Source of the DNA: Candidatus Dormiibacterota bacterium
Lineage (GTDB): Bacteria > Chloroflexota > Dormibacteria > Aeolococcales > Aeolococcaceae
DNA: 64,000 bases
Direction of reading: 5' to 3'
NCBI GenBank assembly: GCA_963718525.1
Contig: OY970355.1
Location: 3,200,001 to 3,264,000 of the forward strand
Position numbers and translations under genes: made by a program. Every line of letters starts with the position of its first letter. Position 1 is the first letter of the stretch. This document shows, piece after piece, positions 28,941 to 39,258 of the stretch. The notes under the pieces are model-generated. The model saw only the letters and a list, made by a program, of their open reading frames with translations, was not told the origin of the DNA and did no database searches.

Positions 28941-29810
28941 TTATGGCGCGGGCCTCGACATACGCCGCCACCACCGCGGTGCCAGCAACCATCCGGCCAA
29001 TGCCAGAGCGGCGATGACCAGCACGGGAAGCGCGGTGATCACGACGTCGAGCACGTCGCCAGTGAGCTGGACGGCGTTGTGCCAACCGCCGGTCAATCCG
29101 TCGTTCAGCGGGCTCGGCGCCGATGCGGCGATCGTCGCGCCGCGTTCCGATAGGGCGATGGTCGCCATCGCGATGTCAACCGACGCGGTCAGCGCGTTGA
29201 GCTGGCCCTGATCGGTGTCGATCTCAACGGTCACCGCTTCGATCTGCTGCTCGAGCGTCGTGATGGCGTTCAGCGAGGTCGCGTTCGCGAGCAGCGAATC
29301 GAGCGCATGGAGATGCGCGTGCGCGGAGACCAGCTCTGCATTGACATCGACGAATGCGGCGTAGTGGTCGACACTGGCAAAGTCGATCGACGAAGCGACA
29401 TACGTTGCGGGCATTGCGTTGAGGAAAGCGGCGATGCTGGTCGCAGGAATGTCGAGGCTCACAGAGCCGGCAACGATGCGGCCGGTGGACTCGGGGTACG
29501 TCGTCGAGCTGGCGACATAGCCGCCAAGCGCGACCGCACGGGCGATGACACTGTCGAACGACGCGAGAAACGTGCCTGCCGGGACTGTGTAGGCTGCACG
29601 AACCGAGCGCTGCAGCCCGGCCGACTGCGGCACCCCGATGGTGATGCCGCGGCTTGCTCCCGCGGTGCCCTGCGTGGTGCCGGCCGCCGCCGCAGCGGCC
29701 GGTGCGGCGACGGCGGTCGATGCGGTTGTCGAGGCGGTGCTCGCGCAACCCGCAAGCACCCCTGCGGTCGAAGCGAACACCAGGCCGATTGCAAGACGAG
29801 GACTGAACAT
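28941..29810 (-). CDS. DUF4349-like lipoprotein with C-terminal TM helix
   Basis: Lipobox LAGC, LGGYVASS, coiled coil IEQQIE..IDT.QGQL...V..ATI.LSE, C-terminal TM + RR. Confidence 0.7.
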   Translation of the reverse strand: MFSPRLAIGLVFASTAGVLAGCASTASTTASTAVAAPAAAAAAGTTQGTAGASRGITIGVPQSAGLQRSVRAAYTVPAGTFLASFDSVIARAVALGGYVASSTTYPESTGRIVAGSVSLDIPATSIAAFLNAMPATYVASSIDFASVDHYAAFVDVNAELVSAHAHLHALDSLLANATSLNAITTLEQQIEAVTVEIDTDQGQLNALTASVDIAMATIALSERGATIAASAPSPLNDGLTGGWHNAVQLTGDVLDVVITALPVLVIAALALAGWLLAPRWWRRMSRPAP

Positions 29811-29906
29811 CGATGATCTCCGTGCGTTCGTGCTGTCAGAGCAGGGACGCAGTCACCGCGTCTCAGGTTCCCGTCAATCGGCCGAGGCGGCGTCAGTTTC
29901 GGCCGG

Positions 29907-31331
29907 TCAGAGGCGCTCGCGGCTGGCGGTCCGGCCCTCGAGCACCACCTCCGTGACTGGGTGCCGATCCACCACCGCCTCTTCCCGGACGCGATAGGTC
30001 ACTCCCGCAATCGCGGCGACCACGACGCAGATCAACGCAGCCCCGGCGAAGATACTCGCTGTCGCGACGTCGGCCCGGGATGATCCCGCAGCCGTGTAGA
30101 TGGCACCCGTGATGCCCAGGCCGGTGATGACTCCGGCGTTGCGCGCGGCGGAGAGCAATGCCGCCGCGCCTCCGAACGCGTCAGGCGGCGCCAGCCTCAT
30201 CGCCGCGGCCGTGTTGGGCGACGAGAAGAAGCCGTTGCCACATCCGATCAGAAAGAGTCCCGCCAGCAACAGCGGCCACACGACGCCGTGTGTCGCGAGC
30301 GCGGCGAGCACGAAGCCCAGCGCAGCCAAACTCATCCCCGCCGTCGTCACCAGCTGCGTCCGCCGAGCGTCACTCATCCGTCCGCCGGCGCGCGACGTCG
30401 CTCCAACCCCGACGCCAATCGGGAGAAAGGCGAGTCCGGCGACCACAGGTGCGACGCCGTGCGCTTCCTCCAGCCAGAACGGAAGGATCGCAAAGCACGA
30501 CATCAGCGTTCCCGTGCTCAGGATCGTTGCAAACGTCGCGGCGATGAACCGCGGTTGGCGGAACAGCCGGCGGTCCACCAGCGGCCTGCGTGCGATGAGC
30601 TCGGCGGGCAGCAGGAGCAGGAGCGCAATCCAGGCGACCGAGAACCACGCGATCGCCGGGATCCCGCCGAACACCGGCGCCGCCAGCGACGAGATCCCGG
30701 CTCCGACACCGAGGAAGATCGTCGACAGCAGCACGGCGCCCGGAATGTCGACGGCGCTGTCCCGGTGACCGACGCTCGCGGGGACTGCGGTCAATGTCAG
30801 CACGATGCCGAACACCGCGAGCGGCGGGCCTGCCCAGAACACCGCCTGCCAGCCGCCGAGCGCCACGAGCAGCCCACCCAACGGTGGGCCGATCAACCCG
30901 GCAACGGCCTGGGTGGTCACCATCACGGCGACGGATCTGCCGGTTCGACGCCGAGGCACATGCTCGGCGATCAGCGCGAGGCTGCCGGCCATCAGCACGC
31001 CGCCGCCGACCGCCTGCACCATCCGTCCGGCGAGCAGGACGGGGAATGTCGGCGCGATCGCAGCAAGGATCGAGCCGATTCCGAAGCATGCGAAACCGCC
31101 GATGTAGGCCCGTCGCCGCCCGAACCGATCGGAGAGTCGACCGATCGTCGGCAGCGTCGCCATGACCACGACCAGGTAGATCGCGATGACCTCCTGCCCC
31201 GACGCCAGCGGCACCGCGAAGCGCCTCGTGATTGGTGCGAGGGCCACCGCAACAATGGTGGCGTCGAGCATGCCGACGAACGCGCCGAGCGCGATCGCCG
31301 CCACCAGCCACGAGCGCCGTGCCGGATTCAT
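29907..31331 (-). CDS. MFS transporter, DHA2 (14-TM) type
   Basis: LDATIVAVAL, GRLSDRFGRRR, GRMVQAVGG, GPPLGG, FSSPN. Confidence 0.9.
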   Translation of the reverse strand: MNPARRSWLVAAIALGAFVGMLDATIVAVALAPITRRFAVPLASGQEVIAIYLVVVMATLPTIGRLSDRFGRRRAYIGGFACFGIGSILAAIAPTFPVLLAGRMVQAVGGGVLMAGSLALIAEHVPRRRTGRSVAVMVTTQAVAGLIGPPLGGLLVALGGWQAVFWAGPPLAVFGIVLTLTAVPASVGHRDSAVDIPGAVLLSTIFLGVGAGISSLAAPVFGGIPAIAWFSVAWIALLLLLPAELIARRPLVDRRLFRQPRFIAATFATILSTGTLMSCFAILPFWLEEAHGVAPVVAGLAFLPIGVGVGATSRAGGRMSDARRTQLVTTAGMSLAALGFVLAALATHGVVWPLLLAGLFLIGCGNGFFSSPNTAAAMRLAPPDAFGGAAALLSAARNAGVITGLGITGAIYTAAGSSRADVATASIFAGAALICVVVAAIAGVTYRVREEAVVDRHPVTEVVLEGRTASRERL

Positions 31332-31383
31332 GCGCGCACAACGGTAACGCTTCGTCCCAGCCCCGCCGCAGGTGCCGGTGGGG

Positions 31384-32196
31384 CTACGTCGCGGCCTTCC
31401 CGGAGTCGGGTTTCAGGCCGTTACCCGCGTCGTGCTCACGGGACATGAAGCTGGCGAGCTCCTCGATGGTGCTCATGATCGGGGCGGGAAACACGACCGT
31501 CGTGTTCTTGTCAACGCCGATCTCCACGAGGCTCTGCAGGTTGCGGAGTTGGAGCGCCACGGGATGCGCCATCATGATGTCGGCTGCCACCCCGAGCTGG
31601 TCGGCGGCCAGCGCCTCGCCTTCGGCGGCAATGATCTTGGCCCGCTTCTCCCGCTCCGCCTCCGCCTGGCGGGCCATCGCCCGCTTCATGCTGTCCGGGA
31701 GCTGAATGTCCTTGAGCTCCACCAGCGTGACGAGCACGCCCCAATCGGACGTTGCGACGTCGAGGATCTCACGGATGCTCAGGTTGATTCGGTCGGTTTC
31801 GGCGAGCGTCTCGTCGAGCGTGTGCTGACCGACGACCTTGCGAAGTGTTGTCTGCGCGATCTGGTTGATGGCCGCGGCGACGTTCTCAATCGCCACCACC
31901 GATTTCACCGCATCGACAACCTTGAAATAGGCGACTGCCGAGACGTCGATGCTGACGTTGTCGCGCGTGATGATGCCCTGCGACTGGATCGGCATGGTGA
32001 CGATGCGCAGGGACACCCGGCGCAGGAGGTCGATCACGGGCACGATCGGCCGCAACCCGGGCTTTCGGAGGCCGATCACCCTGCCGAGGCGGAAGTGCAC
32101 GCCCATCTCGTACTGCTGTACAACGCGGATCGAGGCCAGCAAACCGAGCAGGATGACGGCCGCGACCACGATCGCTGCGACGACGAAGGCGTTCAT
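31384..32196 (-). CDS. SPFH/stomatin (slipin) family protein
   Basis: [54 protein letters not shown]. Confidence 0.93.
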   Translation of the reverse strand: MNAFVVAAIVVAAVILLGLLASIRVVQQYEMGVHFRLGRVIGLRKPGLRPIVPVIDLLRRVSLRIVTMPIQSQGIITRDNVSIDVSAVAYFKVVDAVKSVVAIENVAAAINQIAQTTLRKVVGQHTLDETLAETDRINLSIREILDVATSDWGVLVTLVELKDIQLPDSMKRAMARQAEAEREKRAKIIAAEGEALAADQLGVAADIMMAHPVALQLRNLQSLVEIGVDKNTTVVFPAPIMSTIEELASFMSREHDAGNGLKPDSGKAAT

Positions 32197-32266
32197 GACA
32201 GCGCCCTCACTATAACGAAGCGATCGACGTCTTGAGCGACCCTTCGTGAGCCCCGGCACGTCCCCG

Positions 32267-33823
32267 CTAGGCTGCGACCTCGCTGTACATCCCCACCCGG
32301 TCCTTGCCCTCGCGTTTGGCGGCGTACATCGCGATATCGGCGCGCCGCAACAGCTCATCGCAGGTGTCGGTGCTTCGTTCCGACATCGCGGCGCCCACGG
32401 TGCCGCGGGTCGAGCAGATCGCATCGCCGATGAACAGCGGCTGACGCAGAAATTGCAGGATGCGGCGGCTGATCGCCTGCAGCTGCGCTCCGTCGGGAGC
32501 ACGTTCGAGAAGAATCGCAAATTCGTCGCCGCCGAGTCGCGCCGCCACGTCGCCAGGTCGTACCGACGCCCGAAGGCGCTCCGCGACCGCCACGAGCACG
32601 CGATCGCCGACGGCATGACCGAGCGTGTCATTGACGCTCTTGAAATCATCCAGGTCGATGAACAGGACGACACAGGGCGTCCGCGTCGGTCTGTGGCGCT
32701 CGAGCGTACGCGTGACACATTCATGGAAATGCTTGCGATTCGGCAACCCGGTGAGCGCGTCGTGATTGGCCTGATGGTCGAGTTCGCGCTCACGCGCAGA
32801 CAGGTTGCCGAGCAGGCGCGCGTTGTCGATGCCCATCAAATACTGGCGCACCAGGACGAGGCCGATCAGTGCCAGCACTGCCCAGAACGTGAACTCGTCG
32901 ATGTTGCCGGTCGTGGTCTTCTGCGCGATCGTCACCGCAACCGCCGCGGCGGCCGGGATGTAGGGCAGCAAGGCACCAAACCGCGACGGCAGCACAGCGG
33001 GCGGGCGTCCGTGCAGTGGTCGCTGCACCGTGCGAAGCGCACCCAGTGCGATGAGCAGGTAGCTCGCGACCCAACCGGCGTCGAGGACGTTGCCTGTCCC
33101 ATAGGCGTTGCTCGCTGTCAGGTACGCGAAGTTACTGTCCGCGATCGCCGCCGCAGCGAGGCCGGCTGCCATCAAGAGCAGCGGCGTGCGCCCGGTGCGA
33201 GGCACCCGCCCGACCCGCACCAGGATCATGGTGACGATCGCGACGTCACTGATCGGATACAGCAGGCTGAGGACCATCGCGAGCGGTGTGCTCGCACCGG
33301 CCCGATACACCGCCCCGAGGCTGGTGGACCAGCTGACCACCAGGAGTCCGGCAGCAATGAGCAACCCGTCGAGGAGCGTGCGGACGAACGTGCGAGCTCG
33401 CTCAGCGGCGACGGGAAACGACAGAACGCCAGAAATGGCGAGCGGCACGGCAAGCAGATACCCTGCGTCGGCGAACGACGGGAACGGAACCTGAACGTTG
33501 CGCACGACCTGATACCAGTCCCAGACGGTCTGACCCAATCCCCATGAGAGCGCCGAGAGCCCCATGAGCGCCCACGCCAGGCGAATGCGACCGGCGTGAC
33601 GCATCGCAGCGAGGGCACATGCCGCCACTGCCGCGAACGCCGCCAGGGTCTCGACGATGTTGTCCAGGTAGGTGTAGGCGCCGGCCCCCCCGGCGAGCAG
33701 GCCGACGATGAAGAAGGCGAGCGCGACCGCCGCCACCGCGCAGGTCGCCGACCACCAGTGCACGCTCAGATCGGACCGGAAGCGCCGCAGTGCCATAGGC
33801 CGACTCTTGTGGCCGGAAGTCAC
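32267..33823 (-). CDS. Membrane-bound diguanylate cyclase
   Basis: About 9 TM segments then [27 protein letters not shown]-site RPGD and an intact GGDEF. Confidence 0.9.
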   Translation of the reverse strand: MTSGHKSRPMALRRFRSDLSVHWWSATCAVAAVALAFFIVGLLAGGAGAYTYLDNIVETLAAFAAVAACALAAMRHAGRIRLAWALMGLSALSWGLGQTVWDWYQVVRNVQVPFPSFADAGYLLAVPLAISGVLSFPVAAERARTFVRTLLDGLLIAAGLLVVSWSTSLGAVYRAGASTPLAMVLSLLYPISDVAIVTMILVRVGRVPRTGRTPLLLMAAGLAAAAIADSNFAYLTASNAYGTGNVLDAGWVASYLLIALGALRTVQRPLHGRPPAVLPSRFGALLPYIPAAAAVAVTIAQKTTTGNIDEFTFWAVLALIGLVLVRQYLMGIDNARLLGNLSARERELDHQANHDALTGLPNRKHFHECVTRTLERHRPTRTPCVVLFIDLDDFKSVNDTLGHAVGDRVLVAVAERLRASVRPGDVAARLGGDEFAILLERAPDGAQLQAISRRILQFLRQPLFIGDAICSTRGTVGAAMSERSTDTCDELLRRADIAMYAAKREGKDRVGMYSEVAA

Positions 33824-33938
33824 AGGTCAGTGGCGGGGTCGCCACATGTCCGGGCCGTGATTGCACATTCGCCTGACGCGGCCTGACCCTCCGAGCCACC
33901 CGTGATCCACATCACCAGTCACGTGGCGGCAGGTGCGG

Positions 33939-35669
33939 TCAGTGGATCAGCACGAACTCCGTTGCCGTGGTGTGGTCGCTGAACGAATGCGACCCTATCC
34001 CGATCGCCTGCACCGGAGTCACATAGGGAGCGATCTGCTGGTCGAAGGTCGCACGAGCAGAGGCGGGCAGAACCGCCCGCACAGCAGCGACGAGGGATTG
34101 CACGTTCAGGTAGAACATGCCGTCGTTGCTGGAGCCGACCTGGCCCGCGACGGTCTGATACTGCGGAGACGTGGTGATGTTGCTGCCCCGTCTGGCATCA
34201 ATGACCGCGCGAACCTCAGCGGGCGTCGACGCGATGATCGCCCAGCCGTTGTCAACGGCCCACGACGGGCTGAGCTGGGACGGGGTGACGCCGGTGATCG
34301 TGATGGTGGAGATGTTCACGCCCTGGTACGTCTCGTGCGCCGGCGACGTCGAGCCACATGCCTGGGCGCCGGAGCAGATGGTGGTCGCCAGCTGTGCCAG
34401 AAAACCCTGTACCGCCGTTGCTGAATCCGTGGCGATAAGGAGAGCCCCTGACGGTACGGTCGCGCCGGACAGCTGCTCCACCTCGACGCCCGCGTCGCCG
34501 GTCAGGTGATTGATGATTCCCGAGGAGCCGGTGATTCCCAGCTGGTTCAGCACCTGGCTCCCGGAAGCGCCCACTCCCGGAATCGCCAGCGACACCAGGC
34601 TCTTCAGCGTCTGTGGAAGGCCGACGATGGCAGCGAAGCCGAAGGCACCCTCCGGCACGAACGCGAGAGCGCCATTCTTATGGGCGGCAACTCCGAGCGT
34701 CGCCCGCGCAGCAGCGCTGAGCTTGGACGGGTCGAAATCGACGGTCCCCGAAACGGTGATGCCCGACGACGACGCAACCACGACTTCGCCCGCCCCTTCA
34801 TAGCCGCGCAGGGCTGTGGTGGTCGCCGCCGTCGCGGCCGGGATGAGTGCCGCCACGCGAGGAATATCGACATAGAAGAAGGCGATACGGTCGCCCGGCA
34901 CCCGCGCCTGCACGGTGGTGTAGTCGGTCTCGGACGTGAGGTTGGCGTGCTTGCCTTGCGAGGTGTCAACGACTTCGTCGACCGAGGCTTCGGAGGTGCC
35001 CAGGATCATGGTATGCGCGGTGATGGCCCACACCTCGGTTCCACCCGACGCGTCCTCACCCACATTGACGGAAACCCCGTCATAGGTCGCCGTCGTCCAG
35101 CGAAGCACGCGGCCCGACGGTCCCGACTTGAACTTGCCGAACATCGCCTGCGCGGCCACGTCATTCGTGCTCGCGAGCAGCGACACCACAGCAGGGGTGG
35201 GGCTGTCCGAGCTCGGCAACACGATCAGTGAAACCTGTGAGCCGAGCCACGCGCGCACATCGGTGTGCGACAGACCGGAGGACTCCAAACCGCTGTCGAG
35301 CCAGTGGTTGAGCGTGGCGTCCCGCGACGAGCCGGAGAGCCCTGGAAACTTGCCCAGGATGCTGTTGAGCGAGAGCTGCTGTCCGACCGACGGTTGGAGG
35401 TCGAGGTTCACGTAGACAGCGGTGTCACTGGGCGCGAACGTCACCATCGAGTTGGCGGTGCCGCGAAGGACGCCGAATGCAAGGACCGCTGCAGCCACTC
35501 CCCCGGCGACAAGAACCGCAACTCCGGCACCTGCGACGGCCCGGAACGCCCTCGAATGTCGCTGCTCGTCCGGCGCAGCGGTGACATCCGCAGAGCTCGG
35601 GGGCAAATCGTAGGGCGGTGGCGGAGGGGGTGGGTTCGGCGGGGGTTCCGGCATCCCGAAGGTGCTCAT
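33939..35669 (-). CDS. DUF3352-like membrane-anchored protein
   Basis: Pro-rich N-terminus, one TM helix, P.DT..YV.LDL.PS.GQQ, WLGSQV, TYDGV and TYQGV duplicated halves. Confidence 0.65.
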   Translation of the reverse strand: MSTFGMPEPPPNPPPPPPPYDLPPSSADVTAAPDEQRHSRAFRAVAGAGVAVLVAGGVAAAVLAFGVLRGTANSMVTFAPSDTAVYVNLDLQPSVGQQLSLNSILGKFPGLSGSSRDATLNHWLDSGLESSGLSHTDVRAWLGSQVSLIVLPSSDSPTPAVVSLLASTNDVAAQAMFGKFKSGPSGRVLRWTTATYDGVSVNVGEDASGGTEVWAITAHTMILGTSEASVDEVVDTSQGKHANLTSETDYTTVQARVPGDRIAFFYVDIPRVAALIPAATAATTTALRGYEGAGEVVVASSSGITVSGTVDFDPSKLSAAARATLGVAAHKNGALAFVPEGAFGFAAIVGLPQTLKSLVSLAIPGVGASGSQVLNQLGITGSSGIINHLTGDAGVEVEQLSGATVPSGALLIATDSATAVQGFLAQLATTICSGAQACGSTSPAHETYQGVNISTITITGVTPSQLSPSWAVDNGWAIIASTPAEVRAVIDARRGSNITTSPQYQTVAGQVGSSNDGMFYLNVQSLVAAVRAVLPASARATFDQQIAPYVTPVQAIGIGSHSFSDHTTATEFVLIH

Positions 35670-35928
35670 CGCTGTGCCTCACTCTTGATGCCGAACGTGA
35701 TCGCCGGCCGCGGTCCGTCGTATCCGCGGAAGCTACGACCCCAGATCCCTTCACTCATCAGGTGGAGAGTGTGCGGTGCCTCAATCACTCTCCCGAACCG
35801 ATGCAACCGGATTGTTCCCAGGGTTGCCACGAACTGTTGCAGACCTCACGCCATGAATTGCGGGAGCCACGTCGAGCCACGCCTTGTATATCGGTGCATG
35901 CAGCGGAGACGGCGAGGAGCGGTGCGAA

Positions 35929-37203
35929 TCATCGGTCTGCCAGCTCGTCCGCCGTGATGTCGGCGAGGACGGGCGCGGTGGCTCGCGGCAGCACCGTGCC
36001 GATGAATGACTTCACCGCCTCGTTCAAGCCCACGTCGTGCCCCGCGGCTTCAGAGAGATACCAGCGATGGTCGAGCACCTGATGGAACAGTTCGGCCGGC
36101 TCCAGGCGACCACGGAGGTCCTCCGGGACTGCCGCGATGGTTGGCTCGAAGACGTCGATCAGCCAGCGACGCGCGGCGTATCGCTCCGACACGGGACCCC
36201 CCGAGGTTGTCTCGAGCTCCGTGCGGTATCGCGCTATGTCACCAAGCAGGCGCCGCGCCTGGTTCTCCTGGACCTCCAGTCCGGTGAGCGCCTGGAGCGT
36301 GCGAACGTGATGGCCCGGCTCGACCACGCGCGGCTGGAGGCGAAGGTGGTACTCCCCACCCTGCGCGGTGACCTCGACCTCCGCGACGTCAAAGCCGAGC
36401 CCGTTGAGGCGCTGGAGTCGCTCCTCGATCCGGTATCGCTGGTCAGGAGCGAAGGCCACCTCACGTACGAGCTCGGACCAGAGCGCCTCGTAGCGTCGCC
36501 GCAGCTCCTCGGCGGCTTTGACCGGGTCCATGTGATGGACGAGCCCCTCGGCGGTCACATCGAGCAGCTCGCCCGCGATGTTCTCCTCAGCCACCATCAC
36601 GTCCTGGCTCCGCTGGCCGTCGCTGAGCTGGGGATGCAGTTCACCGGTCTCGGTGTCGACGACATAGGCGCCCAAGGCCCCGGCGTCGCGGCGGAAGAGC
36701 GTGTTGGAGAGCGAGCAGTCGCCCCAGAAGAAGCCGGCGACGTGCAGCCGCACCAGCAGGTTCACGAGCCCGTCGAGGAGACGATCGCCAAGGGCCTGGT
36801 CCGCGCCGGTCGCCCCCAGGACGCGCCGGTACGGCAGGGAAAAGTCGAGATGACGCGTGATCAGGACGGCCTCGAGCTCGCCGTTTTCCGGGTCCCTTCG
36901 AGGTCCGAGCTGACGCCCGGTGACCACCGCCGCAACCTCGACGACGGGGATGAACAGCCGGTCCAGCTCGGCAAGCAGCCGGTATTCGCGCTCGGCCAGG
37001 CGATCGGGCAATTCCTTGAAGGCGTAAATCGCGTCGCCGTAGCGAACGAAGCGGACGATGTGGCGCGAGATTCCCCGAGGGACATCGACCATGCGCTCTT
37101 CGCGCCATGCATCCAGGGGGAGATGCCACGGCAGGTCGAGAAAATCCGGGTGGCCGGTGCGCCTGCGCATCTGGAAGTCCACACCTTGCGGGGTCACGTG
37201 CAA
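35929..37203 (-). CDS. DUF4032 / kinase-like protein
   Basis: LDLPW..PL..W, RGISRH.VRFV, FWGDCSLSNTLFRRDAG, DTETGELH, LDHRWYLSE. Confidence 0.85.
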   Translation of the reverse strand: MHVTPQGVDFQMRRRTGHPDFLDLPWHLPLDAWREERMVDVPRGISRHIVRFVRYGDAIYAFKELPDRLAEREYRLLAELDRLFIPVVEVAAVVTGRQLGPRRDPENGELEAVLITRHLDFSLPYRRVLGATGADQALGDRLLDGLVNLLVRLHVAGFFWGDCSLSNTLFRRDAGALGAYVVDTETGELHPQLSDGQRSQDVMVAEENIAGELLDVTAEGLVHHMDPVKAAEELRRRYEALWSELVREVAFAPDQRYRIEERLQRLNGLGFDVAEVEVTAQGGEYHLRLQPRVVEPGHHVRTLQALTGLEVQENQARRLLGDIARYRTELETTSGGPVSERYAARRWLIDVFEPTIAAVPEDLRGRLEPAELFHQVLDHRWYLSEAAGHDVGLNEAVKSFIGTVLPRATAPVLADITADELADR

Positions 37204-37265
37204 CGCCTCTAAGTTCGATGAAGAAGGTCAACCGCACGATGACACAAGCGCCGCGTCCATTCCGA

Positions 37266-39146
37266 CTATGCGGAATGGATGGTCAGCTCGACGCCATCGG
37301 TCTGGGTGTGTCGCCCGGTGCCGGGAACGATCGCGGCCAGCGCAGCTTCGTCGCAGCGGAGAACGATCAGCTCGCGCGGATCGAGGACCGTCCAGAGGTT
37401 CGCTGTGGACTCGGCCCGGTCCTGCATCGGCGCATAGACGAGATGGACCCGCTGGTGGCGCGCGCGAGCCAGTCGCTGGACCTCGCGGAAGGCATCGTGA
37501 GCGGGCTCATCGGTGACGTACGGATCGAGAATCTCGAGGAGCCGCGTTGCCGGACCGTGCTCGGGCACGGTGCCGATGAAAGCGAATCCGAGCGGGCCGC
37601 CATCGGCCTCGGCGATCCCGGCATCGACCAGCGCCTCGATGTCAAGACCCTCGCCGTGGAGCAGGACCATGACGGGTTGATGCGCCTGCCAGCCGGCCTG
37701 AGGAACCCTCGGGAACTGACCCAACCGTTGCACCATTGGAAGGATGCCCGGTAGCCCGGCGCGACGCCTGGTCCGGTAGGTGATCCAGGCAATTGCGAGG
37801 CCGAGGACCGTGATGCAGCCGCCAAACAGCGTGGCGAGCGGCTTCGCGAAGAGGTTGGTCACCCACGCGGTCACAACGAGCACCGACGTGATCACGCCGA
37901 GTGTGAAGGCGAATGTCGAGGTTCCCAGCGGCGCGGCGCCGTGGACGTAGCGCCGGCCGTGCAGTGAACGGCGCTCGCGCCATCGGACGATGTCGAGACA
38001 GACAGAGGTGACGCTGAAGGCTCCGAGGAGACCAAAGGCATACATGTCCCCGAGCAACCCGACGTTGCTCTGGCTGATGACGACCACAGCAATCGGGACG
38101 GCGATGGCAGCAAGGATCGACCAGTGCGGTGTGTTCCGCCAGCGGTTGCGATGCTGGAGGACCTGCGGGAGAAAACGCAGCTTCGAGAGCGCCAGAAACA
38201 CGTGATAGCAGCCGATGATCGCGGTATTGCTCGCGAAGATCAGGAGGAGACCAGCACTCGCCGCGACCTCAGTCTGGAGCAGGGGGCCCGCGGCGTAACC
38301 GCCAAGCGCGGAGACGAACTGATTGGGGTTGATGTGGTGTGCATTGAGCAGAGTCGTCGACCACAGCGTGAGCAGAGGACTCGTGATGATGATCGTGAAC
38401 ACGACAATGACCATCGCGCGAGGCGCCACCAGGCGCTGTGGTCGACGCATCGCCGGGGCGAGCTGCGAGATGCTCTCGAGGCCCGAGAACGCCAGGAATG
38501 CCCCGGCGTACCCCGTGAGGAGTCCGATGGGGCTGATCCTCGGCCCGGACAGGGTTTTCGGGATTGCCCCGAGCGCAGTGCCGAACCCCGCATGGATGAG
38601 CACCGCGATCACGACGGCCAGCTGACTGCCGAGAGCCACGACTGCGATGACTGCGGTCACCTTGGCGTCGGCATTGATGCCGATCAGGTTGAGGCCGGCG
38701 AGCAGCACCAACGCAACGACTGTGAGCAGGGTGACGATCCCGATCAGATCCGGTGCGAAAACGCTGAGATAGATCAGCCCTGACAACGCGCTCAGCGCGG
38801 AGGTGAGGAAGTAGTCGACCAGGATGAACAGCCCACCGACCAATCCCGCCACGGGATGGATGGCGTGGGCTCCGACGGTCACCACGCCACCACCCTCCGG
38901 GTAGCGGATGGCAACCTCCGCGTACTTCACCGTCAACAGAACGAAAACGATCAGGGTGAGCGCAACGAAGAGCGCCGCGTGAACCCCGGCGGTGCTGAAC
39001 AGGATGCCCGGCGTGTAGTAGACGGACGTGCCGATGTCGGCGAAGACCACGGCCCAGCACAGGAGTGGCCCCAGCCCCTGGGGCAGGCTCTTCCGGTCAC
39101 GCCTCGCATGCCTTCGCGCGGTTGTGCCGGCATCGGTGGGAGGCAT
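37266..39146 (-). CDS. APC-family permease (YdaO/KimA-like) with soluble C-terminal domain
   Basis: FADIGTSVYY, YPEGGG, VDYFLT, FLAFSGLESISQL, LGDMYAFG; TATCCT 6 nt before ATG 39146. Confidence 0.85.
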   Translation of the reverse strand: MPPTDAGTTARRHARRDRKSLPQGLGPLLCWAVVFADIGTSVYYTPGILFSTAGVHAALFVALTLIVFVLLTVKYAEVAIRYPEGGGVVTVGAHAIHPVAGLVGGLFILVDYFLTSALSALSGLIYLSVFAPDLIGIVTLLTVVALVLLAGLNLIGINADAKVTAVIAVVALGSQLAVVIAVLIHAGFGTALGAIPKTLSGPRISPIGLLTGYAGAFLAFSGLESISQLAPAMRRPQRLVAPRAMVIVVFTIIITSPLLTLWSTTLLNAHHINPNQFVSALGGYAAGPLLQTEVAASAGLLLIFASNTAIIGCYHVFLALSKLRFLPQVLQHRNRWRNTPHWSILAAIAVPIAVVVISQSNVGLLGDMYAFGLLGAFSVTSVCLDIVRWRERRSLHGRRYVHGAAPLGTSTFAFTLGVITSVLVVTAWVTNLFAKPLATLFGGCITVLGLAIAWITYRTRRRAGLPGILPMVQRLGQFPRVPQAGWQAHQPVMVLLHGEGLDIEALVDAGIAEADGGPLGFAFIGTVPEHGPATRLLEILDPYVTDEPAHDAFREVQRLARARHQRVHLVYAPMQDRAESTANLWTVLDPRELIVLRCDEAALAAIVPGTGRHTQTDGVELTIHSA

Positions 39147-39206
39147 CACGGGAGGATAGTGCCGCCGCACCGAGCCGTGATCGTCTGCGACGGCCGCTCA
39201 GGCGCT

Positions 39207-39232
39207 GCCGCCGGCGATGCGTCGCCGGCGGC
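39207..39232 (-). terminator. GC-rich hairpin downstream of the Kelch gene pair
   Basis: GCCGCCGGCGA-tgcg-TCGCCGGCGGC, perfect 11-bp stem; no clear U-tract. Confidence 0.55.
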
Positions 39233-39258
39233 TTGCCCGAGGGGCGGGTGAGGCTAGC

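Noticed and set aside
32197-32793. Long N-terminal extension of the SPFH ORF
   Set aside because: Overlaps the diguanylate cyclase in another frame; the real start is ATG 32196 with an SD-like sequence.
35790-35850. LacI-like or riboswitch-like element upstream of the DUF3352 gene
   Set aside because: Only a weak partial palindrome (TGCAACCGGATTG); no recognisable consensus.
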